Shown: positions 31,787 to 42,633, numbered from the whole stretch's first letter. The stretch: 63,623 bases of DNA, filler included, from Sandaracinaceae bacterium (GCA_947483975.1; 6 parts of 6 records of this genome joined end to end with filler, not necessarily neighbours in it); one strand, 5' to 3'. Made by a program: numbers and translations. Notes: generated from the letters alone by a model not told the origin.

Positions 31787-31907
31787 ATGGCCGACGTCCA
31801 GCCGCACGACGCGTTGATGAAGGTGCTGTTCGGCACGCCCGAGCGCGCGATCGCGCTACTGCGCGGGGCGCTGCCGCCTGACGTCTGCGCTGCGCTCGAT
31901 TGGCCCA
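31787..31907 (+). CDS. Second tandem Rpn gene, truncated by contig end
   Basis: 31769-31907 nearly duplicates 30593-30731 (about 5 differences by eye). Confidence 0.88.
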
Positions 31908-32007
31908 NNNNNNNNNNNNNNNNNNNNNNNNNNNNNNNNNNNNNNNNNNNNTTAATTAATTAANNNNNNNNNNNNNNNNNNNNNNNNNNNNNNNNNNNNN
32001 NNNNNNN
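31908..32007. other. Artificial contig linker
   Basis: N run with TTAATTAATTAA. Confidence 0.99.
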
Positions 32008-32418
32008 CGCGTGCGCGGTGCCCCCGGCGGGCTGACGATCCGCCGCCGCCGTGCGCAGCTGCTCGATGCGGGCGCGGACCGCGCGGGCGTCGCCGGCCTC
32101 CGGGTCGCGATCGAGGTAGCGGGCGAAGAAGTCCGCCGCGCGCGTCGGATCGCCGAGGCGCTCGTAGCAGACGCCCGCGTTGAAGAGGAACGCGCTGAAC
32201 GCCTGCGCCTCGTAGGCGAGCTGGAATTCCTCGGCCGCCTCGACGAAGCGCGAGCTCGCGAAGAGCTCTTGGCCGCGCTCCATGTGCTCGCGGGCGGACT
32301 CCATCGACGCGGCCGCGGGCGGCTCCTGCGCGGAGGCGCGTACTGTGAGCGAGAGCGAGCCGAGCAGCAGTGCGATCGCGCCGAGGCGCCCGAGAAAGCG
32401 ATAGTCCAAGCGTCTCAC
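32008..32418 (-). CDS. Secreted TPR protein, 3'-truncated
   Basis: Signal peptide, then AREHMERGQELF..AYE..LFNAGVCYERLG. Confidence 0.8.
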
Positions 32419-32551
32419 ACAGCCCTCCCAGGGAGCGCGCTGCGGTCGAGGCCGTCAGCGTCGGCGGCAACGATACAACGTCCCGGGGAGCCCTGCCCGT
32501 CCTTCGCCGCCGCTTGCCGATGGGCTCCACGCTCCTCAGAGTCGCCCGCAC

Positions 32552-33103
32552 ATGACCCCCGCGCCGCCCCCCCGCCGTCCGCGCCCGCTGCTCGAGCGCC
32601 TGATGCGAGGCGCGCTGCCGTGGGCGGCGATCGCCGTGCTCGGCGGGCTCGCGATCGCGGAGCTGCGGGGCTCCGGCGGGCCCGACGAGGGGAGCGCGTC
32701 GCCGAGGCTCGTCATCGACCTCGACGACGGCACGCGCTTCGACCTCGCGAACGAGCGCGGGCACGTCGTCATCGTGAATTTCTGGGGCACGTACTGCCCG
32801 CCGTGTCGCGCCGAGGCGCCCGTGCTGACGCGCGTCTGGCGCAGCCTGCGCGGCTCGGGCGATCGGCTCGTCGGCGTCGCGGTCGATCGCGCGCCGCTCG
32901 CGGACGTCACGCGCTTCGCCCGCGGGCTCGGCATGGACTACCCGATCGCGGTCGGGCCGCTCGCGCTCCTCGGCGACTTCCAGGTGCGGCTCGTGCCGAC
33001 GACGGTCGTCGTCGACCGCCGCGGCATCGTCGCCCGCACGCTCGTCGGCGAGGTCAGCGACGCCTCGCTGACGCGCGCGCTCGAGGCCGCCCGGCGGCGC
33101 TGA
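32552..33103 (+). CDS. TlpA/ResA-like thiol-disulfide oxidoreductase
   Basis: N-terminal TM segment, VNFWGTYCPPCRAEAP, VPTTVVVDRRG. Confidence 0.9.
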   Translation: MTPAPPPRRPRPLLERLMRGALPWAAIAVLGGLAIAELRGSGGPDEGSASPRLVIDLDDGTRFDLANERGHVVIVNFWGTYCPPCRAEAPVLTRVWRSLRGSGDRLVGVAVDRAPLADVTRFARGLGMDYPIAVGPLALLGDFQVRLVPTTVVVDRRGIVARTLVGEVSDASLTRALEAARRR

Positions 33104-33137
33104 CGGTGCGCTCGCTGCGGGTGCTTGAACGCCGCGC

Positions 33138-33983
33138 CTATTCGCCGCGCATGGTCGTGCCGACGAGCGCGCCCGCGGCGACGTAGGTGCCGGTGTCCGA
33201 CGCCGGCAGGATGTCATACGTCGCGTCATACTCGTACGGCACGAGCTCGAGCGAGGCGATCGTCGCGTCCCCGAGGCGCATCCCGGGCGCGAGCGCGCGG
33301 AACGGCACGCCCTCCGCGGTGGGATGCCCTTCGCTCATCTCGACGACGCGCCCGCTCGAGAGCGTGATGCGCACGACGTGATGCGCGAGGACGGGCACGC
33401 GCTGCGTCGCGCGGAGCGGCACGACGCGGAGCGCGCCGTGGTCGACGCTGAGCACGAGGTCGCCCATGCGCAGGTCGCTGATCGGGCGCTCGCCGTCGGG
33501 CGTCGCGACCATCGTGTCGGGCGACGCGCAGACGGCGCCCCAGGTGCAGCCGAAGCCGACGTCCGTGCAGATCCCGTCGGCGCCCGCGGACGGCGCGTTG
33601 CAGTGCGGGCGCGCGGGGTCGGTGCAGTTCGCGTCCGAGGTGCACGCGGTCGTGCAGAGGAAGTGGTTGCGGGGGCCGCCCGCGGGGCAGCCGAGGCAGG
33701 CGGTGCCGACGAGCCCACAGCTCCCGAAGGTGAAGTCCGCGCAGAGCGGGCCCGCGTCGACGTTGCCGCCGTCGAAGTCGCCCGCGTCCGTGGTGCCTGC
33801 GTCCGTGGTCCCTGCGTCCGTGCTGCCTGCGTCCGTGGTCCCGCCGTCGACGTCGCCGCCGAGGTCGCGCCCCGCGTCGGTCGCGGGCGCGGCGTCGTCG
33901 CCTCCGCACGCGGCGAAGGGCGCGGCCGCGAGGAGCGCAGCGGCGAAGAGCACGTTCGACCAGCGCGGCGTTCGACGGTTCAT
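33138..33983 (-). CDS. Cys-rich lipoprotein with C-terminal Hint domain
   Basis: Lipobox FAAC, TDAG repeats, 10-Cys module, then CASPDTMVATPDGERPISDLRMGDLV..SEGHP..TYDI..YVAAGALV. Confidence 0.85.
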   Translation of the reverse strand: MNRRTPRWSNVLFAAALLAAAPFAACGGDDAAPATDAGRDLGGDVDGGTTDAGSTDAGTTDAGTTDAGDFDGGNVDAGPLCADFTFGSCGLVGTACLGCPAGGPRNHFLCTTACTSDANCTDPARPHCNAPSAGADGICTDVGFGCTWGAVCASPDTMVATPDGERPISDLRMGDLVLSVDHGALRVVPLRATQRVPVLAHHVVRITLSSGRVVEMSEGHPTAEGVPFRALAPGMRLGDATIASLELVPYEYDATYDILPASDTGTYVAAGALVGTTMRGE

Positions 33984-34135
33984 GGCGAGCCTCCGCCGCA
34001 AGCGTCGACAGCAATGGGTTCCGCGTCAAGCCCGGCTGCGCTCGCTGCGATTCGGAGTAGCCGTGGCCGCGGTCGAGGCGGCGGTCCGCGCTTTCCAGGC
34101 GTCGCCCCGCGTCGCGGCTGGTATCGTTCCCGCCC

Positions 34136-35701
34136 ATGCCTGTCCTCTTGCACACCCTCTCCGCCCGCGACCTCGCCGCTCGCCTCAGCCGGCGTGAGCT
34201 CACCTCGGTGGCGATCGTCGAGGCGCTCTGGGCGCGCGCGGACGCCGTCGACGGCAAGGTCCACGGCTTCACCGAGCAGCTGCGGCGCGAGGCGACGCGC
34301 GAGGCGAAGCTGCGCGACGAGGAGCGGGCGCGAGGCGTCGTGCGCGGTCCGCTCCACGGGCTGCCCGTGACGATCAAAGAGAACATCCACGTCCTCGGCA
34401 CCGAGACGACGGCGGGGCTGCGCGCGCGCGCCGGCAAGCGCTCGACCTTCGACGCGGCGATCGTGCAGGTGCTCCGGGAGAGCGGCGCCGTGATCCTCGG
34501 CAAGAGCAACGTGCCTCAGACGCTGATGGCGCCCGAGTCGACGAACCACGTCTACGGCACGACCAACAACCCGTGGAACACCGCGCGCGTGCCGGGCGGC
34601 TCGTCGGGCGGCGAGGCGGCTTTGCTGGCGTCCGGGCAGAGCGTGCTCGGCGTCGGCACCGACATCGCGGGCTCCATCCGCATCCCGGCGAGCTTCTGCG
34701 GCGTCGCGGGGCTGAAGCCGACGCTCCATCGCTGGTCCACCGTCGGCTCGACGGGCGCGCTCCCGGGCATCGAATTCGTGCGCGCCGTGATGGGCCCGCT
34801 CGCGCGCTCCGTGGACGACCTCGCGTTCTTCTTCGAGGCGCTCGATCCGGCGCAGATGTCAACGCTCGACCCCGAGGTGCCGCCGCTGCCCGTCGGCGAG
34901 TCGGCGAAGGTCGACCTGACCAAGCTGCGCGTCGGCTACTACGAGGACGACGGCTGGTTCACGCCGAGCGCCGCGATCAAGCGCGCGGTCCGCGAGGCCG
35001 TCGAGCACCTGCGCGCGGCGGGCGCGGAGGTCGTGCCTTACGCGCCGCAGCACGCGGAGGAGATCTACTTCCTCGGCGTCGCCGGCATCACCTCGGACGG
35101 GCTCGTCACGCTGCGCCGCGAGCTCGCGGGCGAGGACGTGATCGCGCCGCTGAAGATGAACGAGCGCCTGTCGAAGCTGCCCGACGGCGTGCGGCACACG
35201 ATCGCGCGCGGGCTGCGGCTCTTCGGCGAGGAGCGGGTCGCCCGCACGATCGACGCGCTCGGCGAGAAGCGCGTCAGCGACTACTGGGCGCTCTCGTGGC
35301 GGCGCACCGTGCTCGCGCGCGAAGAGACGACCGCCTGGACCAACGCGGGCATTCACGCGCTGCTCGGGCCGGGCTACGCGACGCCGGCGCCGCAGCACGG
35401 CGCGACGGGCGACTTCTCGATCGGCGCGTCGAACACGCTCCGCTGGAACCTGCTCAACCGCCCCGCGGGCAGCGTGCCCGTGACGCGCGTGCTCGCGTCC
35501 GAGACGACGCGCGGCGAGGTGCGCGACCGCCTCGACAAGCGCGCGCAGTCGATCGACGAGGGCAGCACGGGCTTGCCCGCGAGCGTGCAGGTCGCCGGCG
35601 TGCCCTACCGCGAGGACATCGTGCTCGCGGTGATGCGCGCGATCGAGCGCGGCGCGCGCGAGCGCCCAGGCTTCCCGACGACGCCGGTCGACCCGGGCTG
35701 A
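34136..35701 (+). CDS. Amidase signature family (FAAH-like)
   Basis: GPLHGLPVTIKE, GGSSGGEAA and GTDIAGSIRIPA motifs. Confidence 0.95.
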   Translation: MPVLLHTLSARDLAARLSRRELTSVAIVEALWARADAVDGKVHGFTEQLRREATREAKLRDEERARGVVRGPLHGLPVTIKENIHVLGTETTAGLRARAGKRSTFDAAIVQVLRESGAVILGKSNVPQTLMAPESTNHVYGTTNNPWNTARVPGGSSGGEAALLASGQSVLGVGTDIAGSIRIPASFCGVAGLKPTLHRWSTVGSTGALPGIEFVRAVMGPLARSVDDLAFFFEALDPAQMSTLDPEVPPLPVGESAKVDLTKLRVGYYEDDGWFTPSAAIKRAVREAVEHLRAAGAEVVPYAPQHAEEIYFLGVAGITSDGLVTLRRELAGEDVIAPLKMNERLSKLPDGVRHTIARGLRLFGEERVARTIDALGEKRVSDYWALSWRRTVLAREETTAWTNAGIHALLGPGYATPAPQHGATGDFSIGASNTLRWNLLNRPAGSVPVTRVLASETTRGEVRDRLDKRAQSIDEGSTGLPASVQVAGVPYREDIVLAVMRAIERGARERPGFPTTPVDPG

Positions 35702-35786
35702 GCTGGGCTGGGCTGGGCTGGGCTGACCACAGCGTTCAGGAGGGCCCGACGCCCGCGCACTCCGCGCCGATGATACCGTCGCGCTC

Positions 35787-36593
35787 ATGCCACGCATCGC
35801 CGCGCCGGAGCTCGAAGATCACCCAGCGTTTCCGGGGCTCCTGCGCGACGCGATGACGGGCTATCTGCGCGTCGCGTCCGAGTTCCTCGGCGTCTCGGGC
35901 GTCGCGGCGCCGCTCGTGCTCGAGGCGATGGACGCGGTCGGTACGAGCCACGTCGTCGACCTCTGCTCGGGCGGTGGCGGGCCGGTGCTCTCGCTCGTGC
36001 GACGGCTGCGCGAGAAGCACGGCCGCGCGGCGACGGCGACGCTGACGGACAAATTTCCGAACCACGCCGCGTTCGCGCGCGCGGAGGGCGAGCTCCCCGA
36101 GGTCGTGCGCGGGCGGCGCGAGTCGACGGACGCGACGGCGGTCCCCGCGGACCTCGTCGGCGTGCGCACGATCTTCAACGCGTTCCACCATCTGCCGCCC
36201 GAGCTCGCGCGCGCCGTGCTCGCGGACGCCGCCGAGCAGCGCCAGCCGATCCTCACCTTCGAGGTGGTCGAGCGCAGCCTCCAGGGCGCGGTGATCGCGC
36301 TCGGCACGCCGCTCAGCGTGTACGCGTTCACGCCGTTCGTGCGCCCCGCGCTGCTCTCGACGCTCGCGCTCACCTACGTCGTGCCCGTGCTGCCGCTGCT
36401 CGTCGGCTGGGACGGCTTCGCGTCGTGCCTGCGCGCGTATTCCGTCGCGGAATTGGAGGCGATGGTCGCGCCGCTCCAGCGCCCTGATTACCGCTTCCGC
36501 GTCGTGCGCACGCTCCTGCCGATGCGCCCCGGCTACGTGACGAGCGTCGTCGGGATGCCCGTCGGCGGCGCGCGCGCGGCTACTCGGTCGTGA
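35787..36593 (+). CDS. Class I SAM-dependent methyltransferase-like protein
   Basis: VVDLCSGGGGP, LTDKFP and FNAFHH motifs. Confidence 0.75.
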   Translation: MPRIAAPELEDHPAFPGLLRDAMTGYLRVASEFLGVSGVAAPLVLEAMDAVGTSHVVDLCSGGGGPVLSLVRRLREKHGRAATATLTDKFPNHAAFARAEGELPEVVRGRRESTDATAVPADLVGVRTIFNAFHHLPPELARAVLADAAEQRQPILTFEVVERSLQGAVIALGTPLSVYAFTPFVRPALLSTLALTYVVPVLPLLVGWDGFASCLRAYSVAELEAMVAPLQRPDYRFRVVRTLLPMRPGYVTSVVGMPVGGARAATRS

Positions 36594-38514
36594 GGTCGAA
36601 GAACGCCGTCGCGCCCTGCCCCGCCTCGACGCGGACGGTGCGGCGATGCGTCGCGCCGTCGCGATCGACGAGGCGGAGCGCGATGCTGCCGACGGGCACG
36701 CTGATCCCGCCGAGGGGCGTCGTGCCGAGCAAGCGCGAGCCGATGTAGACCTTCGACCAAGGGCGCGTGTTGATCGCCAGCGTGCCCATCACGCGCGGGT
36801 GCGAGGGCTCGTGCGTCGTCGGCGTGCTCGGCGCCTCGGGGTCGTCGCTCCCCGGGATGGTCGGCGGCTCGACTGGAGCGACGGGCAGAACCGGAACGAC
36901 TGGCACGACTGGGACGTCTGGAACCACCACAGCCACAGGCGCGCCGGCGTCGACCACAGCCGCGACGAGCGCGACGACAGGAGGCGGAAGCGGCAGAGGC
37001 GCGATGGGCTCGGGTCGGTGCAGCACCACCCACGCCACCAGCCCACCGCCGAGCGCGAGCACGAGCAGCGCCGCGGCGACGCCGCCGAGGACCAGCGGCA
37101 GCGTGCTCTTGGGCTCCACGGGCGGGCGGCTGCGGCGCTCGGCGGGGCTCGTCTCGATCAGCGCCTGAACGAGCGAGGGGGTCGGCGGCAGCGTGTACGG
37201 CTGCGGCGTGTGCGGCATCCGGTCGAGCCCCGCCGCCCGCGCGTTCGGCGCCGACGCGCTCGCCGCCGGGAGGTGCTCTCCGGTGCCGCCCCCGGGCGAG
37301 ATCGAGGTCGTCGTGATGCTCGGGCCGCGCGCGATCTCGTCGCCGTAGAGCGTCTCGAGATACTGCCCGGTGCGCGCCGCGTTCATCATCTCGCGGTGAT
37401 CCGTCAGCCACTGCTCGAGCGCCTCTTGGAGCTCGCCGGCGCTCTGCCAGCGCTCGTCGGGGAGCTTCGCGAGCGCGTGCTGCACGATCGCGTCGAGGTC
37501 CGCGGGGAGCTCCGGCTTGAACGAGCGCACGGACGGGACGGGGTCGTCCATCACCGCCTTCAGCGTCTCGAACTCGGTCGCGCGGTGATAGAGCGGGCGC
37601 CCCGTCAGCGCCTCGAAGAGGCACACGCCGAGCGCGAAGACGTCAGCGCGCGCGTCGATCTCCTCCCCGCGGCACTGCTCCGGCGCCATGTACGCGAGCT
37701 TGCCTTTGACGACGCCCGCCTGCGTCTTGGCGGAGTGCGAGTTGGCCTTGGCGACGCCGAAGTCGAGCAGCTTCACGCTGCCCGAGTACGACACCATGAT
37801 GTTCTGCGGGCTGACGTCGCGGTGCACGATGCCGAGCAGCTGCCCCTGATCGTCGCGCGCGCGGTGCGCGTAGTGGAGCGCCTCGGAGATCTGCGCGAGC
37901 ACGCGCACCGTGACGGGCACCGGGATGCCGCCCGTCGCGCGCGCCTTGCGGATCAGCTTGCCGAGCGGCACGCCGTTGACCCACTCCATCGCGATGAACC
38001 AGGTGCCCTGCGCCTCACCGAACTCGTAGATCGGGCAGATGTTCGGGTGCTGCAGGCGGATCGCGAGGCGCGCCTCGTCGAGGAACATCGTGACGAAGCC
38101 CTCGTCGTCGGCGACGTGCGGCAGGATGCGCTTGACGACGAGGTGCCGGGACGCGCCGGTCGCGGAGCTCTCGCGCGCGAGGAAGATCTCCGCCATGCCG
38201 CCAAAGGCGATGCGCCCGAGCAGCGCGAAGCGGCTGTAGTGCCCGATGACGGGGAGCTCGGCGATCGAGTTCGCCGTGCGCCCGCCAGCCTCGGCGCGCT
38301 CGGGAGGGCCGGACGCCGGGCCCGACGCCGCTGCCGGCGCCGACGACGAGCCGGACGCCGCGGCCAAGCCGGACGCCGAGCGCTGCGGGCGCAGCGTCGG
38401 CCTCACCTCGGGGACGGGGCGCTCCGCCAGAGCCGTCGGCACCACGTCGTCGAGCTCGATCTCCTCGTCGAGCGAGATCGTCGGCGAGGAGTCTTTGTCG
38501 GGGATCGATCCCAT
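36580..38514 (-). CDS. Membrane Ser/Thr protein kinase with PEGA-like C-terminus
   Basis: GGMAEIF, HRDVSPQNI, DFG, YMAPE, TM segment, INTRPWSKVYIG..GTTP. Paralog of 19180-21279. Confidence 0.94.
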   Translation of the reverse strand: MGSIPDKDSSPTISLDEEIELDDVVPTALAERPVPEVRPTLRPQRSASGLAAASGSSSAPAAASGPASGPPERAEAGGRTANSIAELPVIGHYSRFALLGRIAFGGMAEIFLARESSATGASRHLVVKRILPHVADDEGFVTMFLDEARLAIRLQHPNICPIYEFGEAQGTWFIAMEWVNGVPLGKLIRKARATGGIPVPVTVRVLAQISEALHYAHRARDDQGQLLGIVHRDVSPQNIMVSYSGSVKLLDFGVAKANSHSAKTQAGVVKGKLAYMAPEQCRGEEIDARADVFALGVCLFEALTGRPLYHRATEFETLKAVMDDPVPSVRSFKPELPADLDAIVQHALAKLPDERWQSAGELQEALEQWLTDHREMMNAARTGQYLETLYGDEIARGPSITTTSISPGGGTGEHLPAASASAPNARAAGLDRMPHTPQPYTLPPTPSLVQALIETSPAERRSRPPVEPKSTLPLVLGGVAAALLVLALGGGLVAWVVLHRPEPIAPLPLPPPVVALVAAVVDAGAPVAVVVPDVPVVPVVPVLPVAPVEPPTIPGSDDPEAPSTPTTHEPSHPRVMGTLAINTRPWSKVYIGSRLLGTTPLGGISVPVGSIALRLVDRDGATHRRTVRVEAGQGATAFFDLTTE

Positions 38515-38651
38515 CAGGCGCCGACACTATACGCCTCCGGAGCGACCCGTTTGTCTCTTGACGGTGACGGCGCGCGCACGAGCCGCGGCACGCCGCCGCC
38601 GGGCCGCACCGTTGACAGCGCCGATCCCGCGTGTTCCAACGGTCGGCGCCC

Positions 38652-39434
<783 letters not shown>

Positions 39435-39456
39435 CCGAGCGGAGGAGACGCAGACC

Positions 39457-39897
39457 ATGGGCATGAGCAGCGGAGGAGGGCGCGGCAATCGCGCGCCGCT
39501 CAGCGAGATCAACGTCACCCCGATGGTGGACGTGATGCTCGTGCTGCTGATCATCTTCATGGTGTCGGCGCCCATGCTGACGACCGGCGTCGACGTCGAT
39601 CTGCCGAACGCGCGCGCGCCGGCGATGGAGATGAACCAAGAGAAGCTGCTGCTGACGGTGACCGAGGACGAGAAGGTCTACCTCGGCGAGACGCTCGTGC
39701 CGTACGACCGCCTCGAGTCGGCGATCGCGTCGAACGCGCGCATTCAGCAGGAGAAGGAGCTGTACGTGCAGGCCGACGAGGGCGTGCGCTACGGCTTCGT
39801 CGTCAAGGTGCTCGCGATCGTGCGGCGCGCGGGGATCGAGAAGCTCGGCCTCGTCACGAACCCCGTCGGCGAGGGCAACGCGCCCACGCAGGAGTGA
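39457..39897 (+). CDS. tolR: TolR
   Basis: EINVTPMVDVMLVLLIIFMV, VDLP and ADEGVRYG motifs. GGAGGAG RBS. Confidence 0.92.
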   Translation: MGMSSGGGRGNRAPLSEINVTPMVDVMLVLLIIFMVSAPMLTTGVDVDLPNARAPAMEMNQEKLLLTVTEDEKVYLGETLVPYDRLESAIASNARIQQEKELYVQADEGVRYGFVVKVLAIVRRAGIEKLGLVTNPVGEGNAPTQE

Positions 39898-39904
39898 GCC
39901 CGAC

Positions 39905-40711
39905 GTGTACGTTCACGCCGACGACGTCGCCCCGCCCTCGCTCCTCGCCGGACGCCCGCTCGGCGCAGGCGCTTGGCTCGCGGGCGTGCTCCTCGTGCTC
40001 GGCTCGCACCTCGGCCTGCCGCTCCTCTTGATGCTGATCTTCTTCGTGGCGAAGGTCGTGACGGGCGCGACGGACGACGTGCGCGCGCCGGTCGATCACC
40101 GCGAGGTCGTCGTCGCGCACTTCGTCGAGAAGGGCATTCACTTCGACCCGCGGCGCCTCCCGAACCGCCGCGTCAACCGCCTCTCGACCGCGCCTCCGCG
40201 CGATCAGCTCACCGTCTCGAAGAACATGAACCCGCACCCCGTAGCGGAGCGGCCCGACATGGGCCCGACGCCGGAGAACGCGACCGTGGCCGCGCTCGTG
40301 AACATCGGCGACCGCGCGCAGATCTTCGCGGAGCTCGCGGCGGCGGTCGAGCGCGAGGGCGACCCGAACGGCGTCGAGGGCGGCTTCGCGACGGCGCAGG
40401 AGGGCGACCTCTACCTCGGGCAATTCGTGATGTTCTTCCGCCGCGGCTGGTCGACGCCGACGGTCATCGACGCCGAGGCGCTGCAGGCGCTCAGCGCGAC
40501 GGCCGACGTCGACATCAGCGCCGACGGGCACCTGACGAGCTTCTCGATCACGAACGGCAGCGGCAACGCGCTCTTCGATCAGTCGGTGCTCGATCGCTTC
40601 GAGGGGCTGAAGGCCGCCGACGCGACGATCCCCGAGCCCCCCGAGTCGGTGCGCGATCAGTACTACGGCCGCGCGCGCAGCGTGCGCTTCAACGGGCGCG
40701 ACGCGCGCTGA
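39905..40711 (+). CDS. TolA-like / TonB C-terminal domain protein
   Basis: TM segment with His, SGNALFDQSV..PEPP C-terminal motif, located between tolR and tolB. Confidence 0.75.
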   Translation: MYVHADDVAPPSLLAGRPLGAGAWLAGVLLVLGSHLGLPLLLMLIFFVAKVVTGATDDVRAPVDHREVVVAHFVEKGIHFDPRRLPNRRVNRLSTAPPRDQLTVSKNMNPHPVAERPDMGPTPENATVAALVNIGDRAQIFAELAAAVEREGDPNGVEGGFATAQEGDLYLGQFVMFFRRGWSTPTVIDAEALQALSATADVDISADGHLTSFSITNGSGNALFDQSVLDRFEGLKAADATIPEPPESVRDQYYGRARSVRFNGRDAR

Positions 40712-40771
40712 TGCCGGTGGGCAACGGCCGTCCCGTTCGCCCCCGCGCAGCGCTCGGCTATGCTCGCGGCC

Positions 40772-42166
40772 GTGTCGAATCGTGAGCCAAGCCGCCGTCC
40801 TCCTGCGAATCAGAACGCCTCAGCTTCCGTCCGAGCCTCGATGCGCTCTCCCGACGTCTCCCGCCGCGCCGTCCGCGCCGTGCTCCTCTCGCTCGTCGCG
40901 GCGCTCGTCGTCGTCGCCGCGGCGCCCTTCGGCGGTGAGCGCGCGCGCGGCCAAGACCACGACTCGCCCGACGCCGGCTTGCCCGATCGCGGCCCGATCA
41001 TCGACATCGACGCGCCCGAGCGCGCGCTCTACAAGATCGCCGTCCCGCAGCTGCTCGGCGACTCGGGGCTCGGCGCGCAGGGCGCGGAGGTGCTGCGCAA
41101 CGACCTGAAGCTCGTCTCGCTCTTCACGATCCTCGACCCGCGCTCGTTCCTCGCGGACCCGGCACGCGAGGGGCTCGGCGTCACGACGACGGCTTGGTCG
41201 GCGGTCGGCGCGCAGGGCGTGATCAAGGGAGAGATCAGCGGCTCGGGCGGCTCGCTGACGATCGAGATGCGCCTCTTCGAGCTCGCGCGCGGCACGACCG
41301 CGACGCTGTCGAAGACCTATCACGGCGGCCCCGGCGAGCTGCGCGGCTTCATGCACGACTTCGCGAACGAGGTGCTGCGCGTGCTCACCGGCGACGCGGG
41401 CGCGTTCGGCACGCGCTTCACCTTCGCACGGCGGAGCGGGCCCGGGCGCAAGGACGTCTACGTCGCGGACTTCGACGGCGCGAGCGTCGGGCGCGTCTCG
41501 AACGGCACGGGCGTCGCGATGCTGCCGGCCTTCGGGCCGGGCGGCGTGTGGTACTCGGTGCTGACGAAGCGCGGGATGTTCATCACGCGCACGGGTCGCG
41601 CCGAGCAGCCGGTGATCGGCGGCGACGGCATGAACATGGGCGTCACCTTCTGCGGGAGCCGCGCGCTCTTCTCCTCGACGCGCGATGGAAACAGCGAGAT
41701 CTACAGCTCCGCCGCGGACGGCAGCGACGTGCGCCGCCTGACGCGCAACCCAGGGATCGACGTCTCGCCCGCGTGCGGACCGGGCGGGCAGGTCGCGTTC
41801 GTCAGCGATCGCAACGGCGGCCCGCAGATCTTCGTGATGGACGCGAGCGGCGGCGGCGCGCGGCGCGTGACCTTCCGCGGCAACCACAACCAGACGCCCG
41901 CTTGGTGCCCCGTCGCGGGCAAGAGCCTGCTCGCGTTCACCGGGCGCGACAGCGGCATGGACATCTTCACCGTCGACGTCGCGACGCAGCAGTACACGCG
42001 CATCACGCAGGGCCAAGGCGTCAACAAAGACCCCGCCTTCTCGCCCGACTGCCGGATGCTCGCGTTCTCTTCGACGCGCGGCGGCATCTTCCTCAGCAAC
42101 CCCGAGGGCCAGAACCAGAACCTCGTCGTGCCCGGAGCCGCTGAGACGATCCGCTGGTCGCGCTGA
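40772..42166 (+). CDS. tolB: TolB beta-propeller protein (start uncertain, 40760-40841)
   Basis: TolB-N-like region, then PD40 repeats (RDGNSEIY, DVSP, FVSDRNGGPQIF, PAFSPD). Confidence 0.9.
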   Translation: MSNREPSRRPPANQNASASVRASMRSPDVSRRAVRAVLLSLVAALVVVAAAPFGGERARGQDHDSPDAGLPDRGPIIDIDAPERALYKIAVPQLLGDSGLGAQGAEVLRNDLKLVSLFTILDPRSFLADPAREGLGVTTTAWSAVGAQGVIKGEISGSGGSLTIEMRLFELARGTTATLSKTYHGGPGELRGFMHDFANEVLRVLTGDAGAFGTRFTFARRSGPGRKDVYVADFDGASVGRVSNGTGVAMLPAFGPGGVWYSVLTKRGMFITRTGRAEQPVIGGDGMNMGVTFCGSRALFSSTRDGNSEIYSSAADGSDVRRLTRNPGIDVSPACGPGGQVAFVSDRNGGPQIFVMDASGGGARRVTFRGNHNQTPAWCPVAGKSLLAFTGRDSGMDIFTVDVATQQYTRITQGQGVNKDPAFSPDCRMLAFSSTRGGIFLSNPEGQNQNLVVPGAAETIRWSR

Positions 42167-42180
42167 AGAACCCCGCCCGC

Positions 42181-42393
42181 GTGCACGAGCCCAGCAGCAA
42201 GCCGCTCGCGCTCACGCTCGCGCTCTCCCTCACCGCGCACGTCGCGGTGGCCGTGACGCTCGTGCTCTCGACCTCGCTGATGCCGCGCGTCGAGCGCGTG
42301 TTCCCCAACATCGAGCTGACGGTCGAGCTCCACGCGGCGCCGGACACGCCCGCAACGCCGACGCCGACGCCGACCGAGGCGCGCCCTAGGTGA
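42181..42393 (+). pseudogene. Short ORF resembling a TonB/TolA-type N-terminal anchor, possibly a remnant
   Basis: SLTAH TM motif plus Pro/Thr stretch, stopping after 70 aa. Confidence 0.35.
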
Positions 42394-42533
42394 CCGTCGG
42401 GCAAAGCCCCTGCGGCCCACGGTGCGGCGCTACCGCGGCTCGTGCGCGGCGACGTGGCATCGAGCCCCTGAGCGATCTGGAGGCGGCGAAGAGCGCCGAG
42501 GTCGCTTCTTTGGGTGCTTCCGCGAGGCCGTAC

Positions 42534-42633
42534 NNNNNNNNNNNNNNNNNNNNNNNNNNNNNNNNNNNNNNNNNNNNTTAATTAATTAANNNNNNNNNNN
42601 NNNNNNNNNNNNNNNNNNNNNNNNNNNNNNNNN
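42534..42633. other. Artificial contig linker
   Basis: N run with TTAATTAATTAA. Confidence 0.99.

Noticed and set aside
30611..31907. Rpn genes as IS transposases
   Set aside because: No terminal inverted repeats or target-site duplications seen; the family is a PD-(D/E)XK nuclease despite the legacy transposase label.
33138..33530. Mobile intein or polymorphic toxin
   Set aside because: No His-Asn terminus, no C-extein or toxin domain, no homing endonuclease and no immunity gene.
35695..35725. (GGGCT)n microsatellite at the end of the amidase gene
   Set aside because: Short simple repeat, mostly intergenic, with no evidence of function.
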